NCBI RefSeq assembly: GCF_001194135.2
Contig: NC_068985.1
Location: 81,200,233 to 81,264,232 of the forward strand
Direction: 5' to 3'
Length of the DNA stretch: 64,000 nt
From: Octopus bimaculoides
Lineage: Eukaryota
Of the stretch, positions 51,141 through 64,000 are shown one piece after another. Each line of letters opens with the position of its first letter. Position 1 is the stretch's first letter. The position numbers and the translations under genes are program-made. The notes below the pieces were generated by a model. That model saw only the letters and a program-made list of their open reading frames with translations, had not been told where the DNA came from and searched no databases.

Positions 51141-51778
51141 CATTATTATGGTCTCTCTCTCTCTCTCTCATACACACACACGTGTGTGTGTTTAAGTATA
51201 ATTGTGTTTACTTTAATTATGATTGACTAAAACTAGTGTCCTTTAATTATTTAAGTGTCAATTTTCACCACATATATACACATAGACACTTTTAGTACAA
51301 GCAATTGCAGGAATGAATCTTTATGCATTTATCAGTCTGTTAGAAATAATGACAAAATCTCATTCAAATCACATCCTGCTATCTATTTAAAAATGGAAGA
51401 ACACACTGAAAAATGTACTCCAAGTATGCTATGCAAAAAAATGATGGTTATGGTTGGAATGCTTTTGTGATAGATATGCTCACTTAGGGGTGATCTGTGG
51501 CAACAACTTATACACACACACACATATTTTCTTGAATTTTAGATTTTCCTTTGTATGTTCAATTTCTTAATATCTTTATGCTTTTTTCCTCCTCAAACAA
51601 ATTTTGGTTTCCCCATATGAAAGCCACGTTTTTAATATGCATCTATCAAGCAAGTGGTTACATGTAATATCTTGTAGTCAATCCCATTGTGATTGCATTA
51701 GTGAGGTTTTGTTATATATATATAATACCATTCTTTTTTTCTTTTTCTGATAACTATAGAGAATCTATGAAGCTGTGA

Positions 51779-51809
<31 letters not shown>

Positions 51810-52270
51810 CACACAAACACACACATACACACACACACACACACACAAACTCACTCAAACATACATATGACTTATGTGTACACACACATATACAAGCATG
51901 TACATACTCTTTTTTTGTGTTTCTCGCATTCATATTTTATATCTTTCTCACATACGTTTAATATACATATGTCTCACTAATTTCCCTTCTCTTTTGCTCA
52001 TACACTATGTTCTTCTTTATATATTTCTTTGATGCACACTCTATTTCTTTCCCTCTCTCTCTCACTTCCTCTCTCCATCTCTTTCTCTCCCTCTTTTTTA
52101 TACACATTATATCTCTCTCTTTTTTATACACATTATCTCTCTCTCTCTCTCTGTCACTCTTTTACATGCACATGCATCCTATTTCTGTCTGTCTGCCTCT
52201 CTCACATACACACAATTTTTTCTTGCTATATATCAGTCATTATTTTTTCTTGTTATGTCTCTATCTCTTT

Positions 52271-52305
<35 letters not shown>

Positions 52306-52864
52306 CTCTCTTCTTCCTTCCTTCCTTTCTTTCTGCCTGCCTGTCTGTCTGTCTCTCTCAGAAATACACTCTATCTCTTTTTCCTTCTATCTCTCTCACC
52401 TCTTCCCTTTCTCTCTGTCCACACATACACAAAAACACATATACATTGTTATAATTCACTGAGATGCACAGGCAATAATTTTGACTGAAGAACCAATGCT
52501 ATCAGCAATATATTTTCACAATCCTGATACAAGTTATATTGTCTAAATCAATGATTGTAAACTTCTGCACAGTGAGATAATTACATCTGTGGGCTATTTC
52601 ATTCCATTCTAGTTTTTTTTTAATGTTTTAACATGTGTAAAGGGAAGAACTTGAGGGTGAATGCTATTTCCTACATAAGTTTGTTGACATGTTTGCACTT
52701 GTTGGTGTCACAATCACACAGTCCTGGTCATCATCATCAACAACACCAATGGCAACTAATTAGAAGTGGTCTACAGATCCAGCATCACTGATTTACCATG
52801 CTCTTGTTTTTTATTAGTGTAACCCAATACAGTGTTTATGACTTGTGTGGATGTTTTAACATGT

Positions 52865-52936
<72 letters not shown>

Positions 52937-52951
52937 ACACAAAGATATAGA

Positions 52952-53096
52952 TGCAGGTGTGGCTGTGTGGTAAGAAGCTTGCTTCCCAACCACATGGTTC
53001 CAGGTTCAGTCCCACTGTGTGGCACTTTAGGTGTCTTCTACTATAGCCTCAAACTGACCAAAGCCTTGTGAGTGGATTTGGTAGACAGAGACCGTC

Positions 53097-53130
<34 letters not shown>

Positions 53131-53335
53131 CTTTGTGTTTGTACCCCATCAGTGTTGGTGTGTTTACGACACCCATAACTTAGCAGACCAGCAAAAGAGA
53201 TTAACAGAAAATTTGCCAGGCTTAAAAAAATAGTACTGGGGTCCATTCATTCACCTAAAAATTCTTCAAAGCAGTGCCCCAGCATGACCTCAGTTTAATG
53301 ACTGAAACAAGTAGAAGATAAAAGATAAAAGATAT
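52952..53335 (+). mobile_element. SINE family B
   Basis: Head, internal (TG)n and tail as in the other copies. Confidence 0.88.
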
Positions 53336-55617
53336 ATATCTAGTTTCGTTTATGTTCCAGTTGTGCGAGTGAAATTGTGTTTTTGATATGGCATTATGGT
53401 TCCATTCTGATGTGTTGCTTGATATGCCTAGGTATTTGAAGGAGATTTAACATATAGTGGCACTGAGTGTGTGTTGGATCTTGCTGCTGTAATGAATTGT
53501 GCTCTTTGCATGTCTCAGTGATCTTTTAGTTTGAGTGCTTTCGTTTCATCATGTGGTTGATCTGCAGATTGCTTTGATAGCTTCTGAAGAGAACTCAAAA
53601 CACCTAATTTGAGTAGAAGACAAAAGAGGAGATTTATGGATGCATTTTTCCCATTCTCTACTCCTGTTGCTTAGCATAGTGTTGGCTTTACTGACCATTT
53701 ATGTTGTACTGAACACCAGTCCATGTTAGATACTATATTCTGGAAACTTCTGCACCTTAATGGAAAACAAAGGCTATTCAACTAAATTGATGCTATTGAC
53801 TGAGACACACAATGTGAAATTGAGAACCTACCAAAGCTAATGAAAGCCAGGAAGATTCTTTGTACAGCATGGTGAAATGCATCTCAACTGTAGCTACTTG
53901 AAAAAGAAGAAAATAATACCAGTTTTCTTTTCAACAAAAGCTGACCTTATATTTAATCAAACAAGAAATGCCAGAAAAACTGTGCAGAAATTGGTCATTC
54001 TTAAAAAGAAAATCTTAAAATAAACAAGGTAGTTCTGTGAACAGCATTTGAAAAGTATGTCTAGAATGAATAGGAGGCTGTAACAAAAGATGAGGGAAAT
54101 ACCTAAGTATAATAATTATTTATAATATTTATGATAGTAACTCATATATTGCAGCTGATTAGTTCCGAGGTCAGACTTTTATATACCTCATGAGAATGAA
54201 TTATTATTGTGGAATCTTTTCCCCACAAAAAAACACAAAATGCACAATACTTTTCAATGCAGGTGTTGTTTTGTTTACTTTTTTAAATATTTTTGTGAAT
54301 AACCTGACAAGATATGAATCCGAACAAATTAATTTTGACACAGTGAATGCCTTCAGTGTGTTACAATTAGGCATATATGTGATGAAGTCTCTCATTCTGT
54401 TCAGAGTAGTCTAAAAAGTCAAGTTTCAGTGTTTCAATAGCAGTTGCATATATGTATACTTGAATTTGTATTTCCTTAATCAAGAGATTATATAGCTGCC
54501 AATGATGTTTAATTATTATATATGACAGTTCCCTTTTAAAATAAGGGATTCAAGGAAAAATGTAACTTATCCAATATATTTAACTTCACTCTTTTGTGAG
54601 TAGAAAATTCTGATTGGAATCTTCTACTTAGAAAATTCTTTTATTCACAATTACTATGGAGATAATTAAGTTACAAAAATTGTAAATTAGTTTTCTTGTA
54701 TGAAATATTGTACATATTGCATTAGATTATATTTGTTTCAGATACATGAAAATTGATAGATATTACTATTTATGTACATACTTGTATATTTCTCTATGTA
54801 TATGTGTATGCAGATATCTTAAAGATATTTCCACGCATTTATGAATATATCAAATTTTGAATTTGTTTTCTATTCAATTCAGATATTATTTATTTATTAT
54901 TGAATTTGATCTGGATATAACAAAGTGAGAATATGAAACTCACTATTAAAAGTCTATATTGCTGGATCACTTTGTACTTCTCACAAATGCTATTACTACC
55001 CTGTCACTCCCTTCAGAAAAGCTTCCCTGGAAATAGAACCTTCTGTTCTATAATACTGTCAGCAGGGGACCCGATACTAGTGAGCATATAATCCTTTCTG
55101 ACAGATAAAAACCAAAATGGCAGCAAAACTGAAAGAGGTTTGCTGCTCGGTCGGCACAATCAATATATATAGGATTAGGTGTAGATAACATTGGTCATCA
55201 GAGCATGGCATTGATAGCATATTATTGCTATAACTGAGATAGCTCCGTCAATCAGCCGGTATCTAGTAACAGGCAACTTAATAATATATGGAGACTATAT
55301 ACACCAGCAATTTGTTATGTCATATTGCTGGCTTTTGGATCTAGGTGCAGGATTTTCCTTTGATGCTGTTTAGTCCTGTTGTCTTTCCTTCTCTTTGGTT
55401 TCTGCTTTTGTTTGTGTGTCTCTTTTTTTTTGTTATTACAATTCTTATGCTATTGTTTATTAAATGCATATAGATGCATAAATACATATTCACAAAATAT
55501 AATGTTACACTTAGGAATATGTATGAGATTAAATAACTTTGCACACATAAGTTTCATGCTTATGCAGTGAACATGTAGATACACATGCATCTCCATATGT
55601 GCATGACTGCATGTATG

Positions 55618-55619
<2 letters not shown>

Positions 55620-55677
<58 letters not shown>

Positions 55678-55949
55678 TATATAAAATATAATACCTATAC
55701 ATACTATATATANNNNNNNNNNNNNNNNNNNNNNNNNNNNNNNNNNNNNNNNNNNNNNNNNNNNNNNNNNNNNNNNNNNNNNNNNNNNNNNNNNNNNNNN
55801 NNNNNNNNNNNNNNNNNNNNNNNNNNNNNNNNNNNNNNNNNNNNNNNNNNNNNNNNNNNNNNNNNNNNNNNNNNNNNNNNNNNNNNNNNNNNNNNNNNNN
55901 NNNNNNNNNNNNNNNNNNNNNNNNNNNNNNNNNNNNNNNNNNNNNNNNN

Positions 55950-56006
<57 letters not shown>

Positions 56007-56044
56007 TATATAAAATATAATACCTATACATACTATATATATAT
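55620..56044. other. Assembly gap (N 55713-55949) flanked by identical duplicated sequence
   Basis: (TA)n-ggtatataaaatataatacctatacatactatatata occurs on both sides. Confidence 0.9.
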
Positions 56045-58384
56045 GTAACATACACACACAAACACACACGTATATATAATCTGCTTGACTGATTCTCTTT
56101 TATTCCATTCATGTCTGCATGACTTAATTCATATCTGAAGTTTCTTGTTGTTAAATGATTCCAAAGCACTCATTCCAGATGAGACATGTTTCTAGGCACT
56201 TATCTTTTATATATACACATCCTGCTTTTATTTCACATCTCTGGTTATATAAACGTTGTTCTTGAAAAATGATCTATTTTGTCAGTCAGGCAGGCAGGCA
56301 GGCAAGCAGGCTGACAGACAGACAGGCAGATCACAAAATTGTCAAAAATATGCATGTATACAGTTATATTTGCATCGATGAGCATGTGAGAGCATGTCAA
56401 GAGTTATATATTCTAAGTATTGTGATTTGTACATATGTAGGGAGAAAGAAAAGAATAAATAGTTTAAGAGGGGAAAAATACAAATTTCTAAAGATAACAG
56501 TAAATGCCATTGAACAGATGTAAACACAGAAAATATGATATAGCTATTATATATAATATAATATAATACAATATATATATATATATAGATATATTATATT
56601 ATATTATATATTATATTATATTATTATTTATGTATGCATATATATATTATATAACTTGTAAGAAGCTGATTGAAACTGAAGTGGTTGCATAAGGAACATT
56701 AAATCAGTCCACATTGAATATTGAGATTTTCAAGCAGAGAATGCTTTGACTTAATAAAACGAAAAATAAATAAATAAATTTTATAAATTAATGTAAAAAT
56801 ATTGTTAATCCAAAAATAAAGAATATAAATAAATCTCTCGGTTCAAAATACTGGCAACACAGTATTTTATTGTTGCACATCTCTTCCATTATTAAAAGGG
56901 TTAATTTTACATTTGGTGAAGTTTTAAAAAGAAGTTTTGAAATTGTGTGTGTTCTACCAACTGTATCTGCTGCACAGCTACCAATGCTTTCCTAGAGGTC
57001 AGTGAACATTTTAAAAACACATTTTAGTTTGTTGCTCATTTTTGCAATACTTGATGCATCGATGAACATGGTGACAAAGAGAGAGAAAAAAAATAATAAA
57101 TAGAGGTGCACAACACAAAAGGTGAAATAAAGAAATGAAATGAAGAATGACAGAACATGCAGAAAATGAGAAGTGCAACTGCTTATTGTCTTGTCAGAGG
57201 TTGGTATTCATTGCAATAACTATACTGGCTGTAACAAGGTCTTCTCTGTAGGAATTTTTCTCTCTGTGCATCTGTACGTTTGTGCATGTACATTGTTCAC
57301 ATGTGTGCTTGTATATGTTTTTTTCTCTGAAGGGGTAGTTTTCTGAAAGGATATTTTTCTGAAGGGATAATTTCTCTTAGTAAGCTAAATGGACATTTAG
57401 TCATTTAAATTTATTGTTTAAATTTTCTTTTTGTTTTCATTTTTGTTGTTGCTTAACTTTACAAATGAAGATTAAAGTGGAATAATTCATTATTCAGATG
57501 TATATAATTTAAATTGGTTGTCTCTCATTTTATTTCTTGATAATCAAAAGTGGTTGCATTGTAAAACTATTGTTTATTTATTTATTTTTAATGTAATATC
57601 AATTTCTCAAAGAGAACTTCCTTATTCTTTTAATTTTATTATTTCTCTAAATAAAACCAAACGAGATGAATGACCTTTGATGTGCTGAGCCTTAATCAAC
57701 GGTTAAATTGGATGCAGTCCACCACATTTTGTTTTGTTTTGCATTCATACTGATTAAATTTTTACACATTCTTAGATCCACTCAGGAGCCTCTTACTTGC
57801 TACAAATCTCAAGTTAGGGTACTAAAGTCTATTAAAAACATTTTAGTTACATTTTAATAACAACAGGCAAGAGTTCCCATTTAGATTAAAGCAATCTTCT
57901 TTTATTCTAAACTCTAATGTTATTGGCTTGAATTAGTATATTATATTTTTTTATTTTATGGAATTACAAATGAATGTTATCTCATATCACCAAAACTGTT
58001 GGCTAAAGTGATATTTCAGCTTTCAAATAAAATTGATTGGTTGATTTAGACTGTTGACATATTTTGCTTGCAAAGCAATTCCATCTTACAACATCTAGCC
58101 CCACCCCTTAAAAATTAATAGAATAAAAATAACAACTCAAGAATATTCTGTTTTTAACCCCTGAGATCTCTTACTGGTTATGCAATATCCATCCATCTTC
58201 CAGCATATTCTCTTCCCCACTCACTAAAAAGAAAATGAAAACCCAGAACATTCTGGGGTTTTATTTTTACCCTTAAAGACCTAACATCAGTTAAATGACA
58301 TTCTAAAAGGAATTAATAGTTGTTATTGCCAAAAATGTCACATTAATGATTCAAAAGACCCAATCTTCCATGTTGTAACAGTGC

Positions 58385-58950
58385 TAATAATAATATTAAT
58401 AATGACAATGACGGCGGTGATGATGATGATGATAATGATGATGATGATGATGATGATGATTATAATAATAATTGTTTTAAATTTAGGAACAAATCCTAAA
58501 ATATGGTGGTTGGAGGTTAGTTGGTTATATTGACCTTCTTATTTGACTGGTACTTTATTTTATTGCTCCCTAATGGATAAAAAGCTAAGTTAACTTTGGA
58601 GAAATTTGAACCTGGAGTGTAAAATGCTGGAACAAATACTCCAAGACATCTTAACTGACACTAACAGTTCTATCAATCTACCAACCTTCTTGATTTCTAA
58701 TTTGGTATATAGCCAGCAATTTTGAGTTGATATTATAACATTAGTGATAATTCTACTATGGGCACAAGGCCTGAAATTTTGGGGAATTGGGCTAGTCACT
58801 TACATCCGCCCCTAGTGTTCAAATGGTACTTATTTTATTGACCTCTGAAAGATGAAAAGTAAAGTCGACCTCAATGACATTTGAACTCAGAATGTAGTGG
58901 GTCAGAAGAAACACTGCTATGCATTTCATCTGATGTACTTGCTGCCTTAA
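58385..58950 (-). mobile_element. Two head-to-tail SINE family C copies with simple-repeat tails
   Basis: Reverse complements of the family C body at about 58470-58690 and 58745-58950. Confidence 0.75.
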
Positions 58951-60029
58951 TAGTAGTAACAATAACAATGACTTCTAATATTCGTACCCTTAAACTATGT
59001 AAGGTACCTGAACAATGATATCCTATACAGTTTAAGAGTACCGTTGACTTAAATGCTTGTAGTATCTGACTGGTACTGATATATCATTGTATATAATGAC
59101 ATTTGGAAAGATAAGGAGTTAAGATGAACTCAGTAAGTTTTTACTTCAGAATATAAAATCAAGCTTCTTTGTCATTCTATCAGTTCTGCAGAGTGATATA
59201 ATTTTCGTATCAGTTCAACTTACTCATTTCACTGGAGATGGGTATTGGCAGTTATATCAACCCTGGTACATCTGGTAGTAACTTTACTGATCTTGAAATA
59301 TAAACCATAATATTGACCTTAGCAAGATTTAAACTCTTAATATAACAGTAGGAAAATAAATACTATCAAACGTTTAAGTTCTTATTTTGTTGTTTCATTT
59401 GTAGTCATTTTGGATGTATTTTGAAAATTTGCTTGCATTCAGTTTTGTGTTTGATAGTGCATCTCCATACATATTGTTATCAGAATTTCCCACTGCAGAA
59501 TTGTATTTGTTTATTAATGGTTAGTTTTAACTTTACCTATATTTTTATCCACATTATTCTTAATGTAGTTGTGAATGTATATATGTCTGCTTGAATTATT
59601 TAAGCCTGAATTGTTTTACAGTTAGATCCCTTTTTGTACCCTAACTGCTCATCTTTGAAAATGAAAGTGTAATATATATTTACTTGGTTGACTTGAACAA
59701 ATAATGTACCTACATATATTTTTCTCTGCTTTTCTCCACAGAAAATAGTATTGTCTTTATAAATCATTAAAAAAAAATTTTGAATAGCATGGCATGTACT
59801 CTCTATTTATATATAATTATATTATTTAACTGTAAAAGCTGTTTCAAATCTTATATAAATTCATAATTTTGTTTTATACACATCCACATGTCTGTGTGTA
59901 TGAGTGTGCTATGATTGTGAGTTAGCATCTTACCACATATATTAGGCTAATTCTATTTAGAAACATTTATATATTTCATGCACTACTACATAGCTGCTTG
60001 GAGATGAATAACTCAACTCACCATTGGTT

Positions 60030-60720
60030 TATTTTACTGAAGCTGAGAGAATTATACAGATGCCCAAACAAACCAGGATTTCTGAAATCAAGGGTAACTC
60101 CACATAAGTACTCACCAAATCTGTCAAATTACAGCCTATCATCTTAAAGCAAAATGAAAGACACACTGGGAGATTGTATTCTGGGTTAAAAACAGACAGA
60201 GTGGTAAAGGCTGAAATATTTTTGATCATATCTATTCAATCAGAACTAATTTGGAGCTAAACAATAAAAACAAAATTATTTAGATTATATTGTTTCATCA
60301 TATATGTTTGAAAAAAAAGTTTAAAAAATGGATTAAATCATTTAATTTATATTTTGTAGATTGAGACTAAAATGAAAAGATGGTCACACATGGAATGTCT
60401 TTGATTAGTGTAGTTCTGGGTTCTAAGCAGAATAAAAGTTCTACTGGGCAACAAAAGTACAGCGAAATGACAGAAGTATTTACCACTGTAGTAATAACTG
60501 GTAGTTTCAAAGTCGAGTAGACTATCTTCCATATTTCTAACTTCCTCCAGGAAGTTTTTGTTAGAGATAGTCATTCTGCTTATTGTATTGTTTAAGTCCT
60601 CTATAGAGTCTGAATATTTTTTATCCTCAAAGTTTCCATAACAAATATATTTTTTAAGAGGAGGATTTGTTGGCCTTATGCCTAACCCCTCCACTGGGGT
60701 GTTTAAAAATAAGAGCTGGA
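60030..60720 (-). mobile_element. Decayed RTE LINE 5' region and endonuclease remnant
   Basis: Minus strand cagtggaggggttaggcataaggccaacaaatcctcctcttaaaaaa..tgttatggaaac resembles the RTE 5' segment; NLTDLVSTY resembles endonuclease N.T.ISAYAP. Confidence 0.45.
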
Positions 60721-62714
60721 TTTAGTTTGGCCTCTATTACAAATCTTCTGACTATGCACAGAGGATCCGCTAGAAGTACTTGAGGTCATATAGAATCACT
60801 TTGATAAGTCTACTATAATCATTCTGATATCTGTATGTGTTTGTGTGTGTGTGTGTATTGTATATCTTTTGTGATGTAAAACTTCACATTTCCACTTTTC
60901 AAAGAAAAGTACATTGGATAGTGGAGGCCTAAACTTTTTATGGTCTTAGTCAGAGGAATAGGATGCCAATACACATTATGCCTTGATAAACTGATTCTTT
61001 TAAGATTTTGCAGTAATTTTTATGTCCTCCAAGTGGAATCAAATAAAAAACAAAAATGACTGTATGAAGATAGTAACATTATTGTACTTTGTTTTTGTGC
61101 AGTATTAGTGTTTGCATTTATATGAACCTTCTGAAGAAAATATTTTCCTTTTATCAATGACTTTAGTGCATGTTATGCCATGTTAGTCATAACACATACT
61201 GGTTTTATACCAGTAGCTAATGATCTACTTCAATATCATATTCTTTTCTAACTGATCAGTCAATTTTAGTTTATGTTACGAATGTGTGAAAGAAGCATTG
61301 CTATAACTTTATAGTCTTCTTCTTCATCAAATCATAAATCGTAAAATTTTTAGCATTTGTGAAAGATACTTAGGTGTCAAAAGTTGAAAGAGATCATGAA
61401 CATTAGTAAACCTACTTTGGTCCACAAATTAGAAATGCCCAGTCTAGCAATTATTTTCTTAAGTTGCATCATTTATGAAATGAAAATATTTATAATTAAT
61501 ATCAAAAAATTTAGTCTTAGTAGTCTTAGTAACCAAAGACTGTTAAGATTATTACTCATGAATATGAGGGATTTATAAATGTTTTTGTATTATTTGGATA
61601 CTATTTGTGTTTTAGACTTTGTGAGTAACTCATTTGGCTGACATTTGTAGCATAAAATCCAATTTCATTGCCTTATAATATTGTGTCATGAGTTGTAAGG
61701 AGATTTTAAGGTCAATTTACTTTGATCTCTTTCATTTGTTACAAGCTGAAAAATAGTTATTTTCTTGTACAAATGAAATGACCTTATAAAAAAGGGAATA
61801 GGCCTAGTCTTTGAAAGAAAGGACTGAAATTAATAGTATTTCTTAACAAAAACAAAGATAACATTAAAATAAAGTGACATGAATTCAAATCTAAGCTTGG
61901 TCATATTGGACCATATAGAAACACAGTGTTGGGCATTCATTTAAAAGATTAATCAGGTGATGAGAGTTAGTGGCAGATGAGTATTCACTACACTCTTCTT
62001 CTTCTCTTAAATGAGAGTGCTGCGTGAGTTGCTAAAACAAGATTTTGATCATCTGAGTAGAAAAATAGAAAACAGTTGAGTTTGTAAGAATTGCTGTTGC
62101 AAGGAAACAATTTTGGGCCATTGCAGATTTGGTTTGCATTTTTAATACATCTATTAACAGGCTAACATTCACCATTGATTAATTATGTATTACTAGTTAT
62201 AGAGATCATTGCTACATCTGAGTTTCTGATATTTGAAATCTGTTCTTATTTGTTACCTTTTCATAGAAAGTTCACCGCTTAAAAGGTCACAAGCGCCATC
62301 TCTTTGAAATACAGAATATCATTTTGGTTGTTTTAGAAATGTTGACAGCAAATAAATGTTATTGATTTTATATAAAGATATTTTTTTATAGGACCTTGCT
62401 TTTCAAAAGTATACATTTTTGCAAAAATTTGATTCAAACATTTGAAATGTTAAAATATAAGGAAAGAAAAAAACAAAAAACAAATCAAATCAGAAATATT
62501 TGTTTGAAACTGGAAGTCATGACAATCAAGCCTTGTTTTTGTCTTTTTATAACCTTTCAAATAAATATTTTATACCAACATACAAATATCATGCTAAGTA
62601 TAACAGATACTCTTTTAATTGCAGTTTACTTATTTCCAACTGCATTTTTTAGAAAAAACTTAGTAAGGATTTTCTGCAATGTCACAATTCTTAACAACTT
62701 TTTGGGGGCTGGCT

Positions 62715-63165
62715 GAAAGTGGATTAGATTAACTAGTACTTAACTTATTTCACCACCTTCTCCCCAGGAGGATGAAAGATAAATCAGGTAAACTCAATCT
62801 TAGCAGGATTTGAACTCATAACATAAAGGGGCAAAAATAATTAACCCCAAGATGTTTTGGCCTTCTCTTTCTGTAAATTTTGTCAATCTATCAAAACTTA
62901 ATAATGCTAAAGTGCAATACTGTGTGTATGTGTGTCTTTGTGTGTGTGTGTGTGTCTTTGTGTGTGTGTCTTTGTGTCTGTATTTGTCTCCTACTACTGC
63001 TTGACAACTGGTGTTGCTGTGTTTCATCTCTGTAACTTAGTGGTTTGACAAAAGGGACTGGCAGAATAATTACTCAGCTTTAAAAAAATTAAAAAAATAG
63101 TATTGGAGTCAATTCATTTGACTAAAAATTTTTCAAGGTCACAGTCTAATGACAAGTAAAAGACA
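62715..63165. mobile_element. SINE family C fragment (-) followed by SINE family B tail (+)
   Basis: Similarity to other copies in the window. Confidence 0.65.
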
Positions 63166-63380
63166 ACAGTACTGCCTGACTGGCCTTCGTGCCTGTGGCA
63201 CGTAAAAGTACCCACTACACTCTCGGAGTGGTTGGTGTTAGGAAGGGCATCCAGCTGTAGAAACTCTGCCAAATCAGATTAGAGCCTGGTGTAGCCATCT
63301 GGATCACCAGTCCTCAATCAAATCGTCCAACCCATGCTAGCATGGAAAGCAGACGTTAAACGATGATGATGATGATGATG
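63165..63380 (+). mobile_element. RTE 3'UTR-sharing repeat with (GAT)n tail
   Basis: Near-identical module to 50920-51140. Confidence 0.85.
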
Positions 63381-63699
63381 ATATATATATATATGTATAT
63401 CACCCTTTTGTTTATTTTACTTTATCGATTCTGATCACTGGACATGTGTTGAAATTGTCATCATTTTTTATCTCACTCCTCATGACAGCTTTCTATTTTT
63501 ATATGAAAAGTGGGAGGAGTGAAAACCTGCTATTTAAACATAAACATAGTGATGATGTGAATGCTTGTTTTCTTTTTAAAGTTGGATGAATTATTTGAAG
63601 ACTTTTAGAAATAATTTATGCAAAAGCTAGCTATATTATCTATCCATTGAGTGAGAAATGTTAAAAGTACATGAGCTGACTGATAAAATAATTTTATAC

Positions 63700-64000
63700 A
63701 TGGTACCACAGCAGAAAGGATGTACCAGCAGCAGAAAGGATCATTATTGTTGACGGATCCATCTGTCGGCCAAATCTGTAGTGATGATTGCACTGCCGCC
63801 CTCCTTCAGTTGGGCAGGCAAAGCAGCTTTCCTTTGACTGGTTGCTGTGGTGAAAGAGGTTGTTTGGTGGACAAGGCTGAAAGACATGAAGACAGACACA
63901 TTCCTCTTTGGTAGAGCTCTCATTGACTTTTTCAAGTTTCACTTGAAGTGGAAATTGACTGTGGAAAGGGAAGTGCTCTCCTCGAGTGAGTTTATTGAAA
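63700..64000 (+). mobile_element. L1/Tx1-clade LINE 3' ORF2 fragment (runs off the window)
   Basis: LSAKSVVMIALPPSFSWAGKAAFL*LVAVVKEVVWWTRLK..RALIDFFKFHLKWKLTVEREVLSSSEFIE. Confidence 0.72.

Noticed and set aside
56844-58270. Short hairpins (about 56844-56868 and 58232-58268) and a 3x ~16-bp repeat at about 57320
   Set aside because: Expected by chance in AT-rich DNA; no supporting context.
62267-62310. Good acceptor (ccttttcatag) followed by a short frame ESSPLKRSQAPSL*
   Set aside because: No homology, and the conserved intervening KIF17 exons are absent, so it cannot be tied to the gene.

Overview
AT-rich, microsatellite-saturated metazoan genomic DNA with three N-gaps. The repeat families (tRNA-headed SINEs, RTE/CR1/Tx1 LINE remnants, TTAA MITEs) look octopod/cephalopod; this is inferred from repeat content, not proven. 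None of the supplied ORFs is a real gene: they are microsatellite translations or decayed TE fragments. Two short in-frame + strand exons that the ORF track misses (26759-26874 and 33453-33559) encode part of the stalk/tail coiled coil of a KIF17/OSM-3-type kinesin-2. The whole window therefore appears to be intronic to that gene; I found no other exon in the 26.7 kb upstream or 30.4 kb downstream. The most notable non-coding structures are: a well-formed minimal type I hammerhead ribozyme motif with an unusual CUGUUGA core (plus two decayed relatives) in Penelope-like remnants; a pile of about 11 co-oriented SINEs inserted into each other's (ATT)n tails; a 405-bp foldback element; a Helitron with a duplicated 3' end; a hAT deletion derivative with a perfect 8-bp TSD; and several inverted SINE pairs that could form dsRNA in the pre-mRNA.
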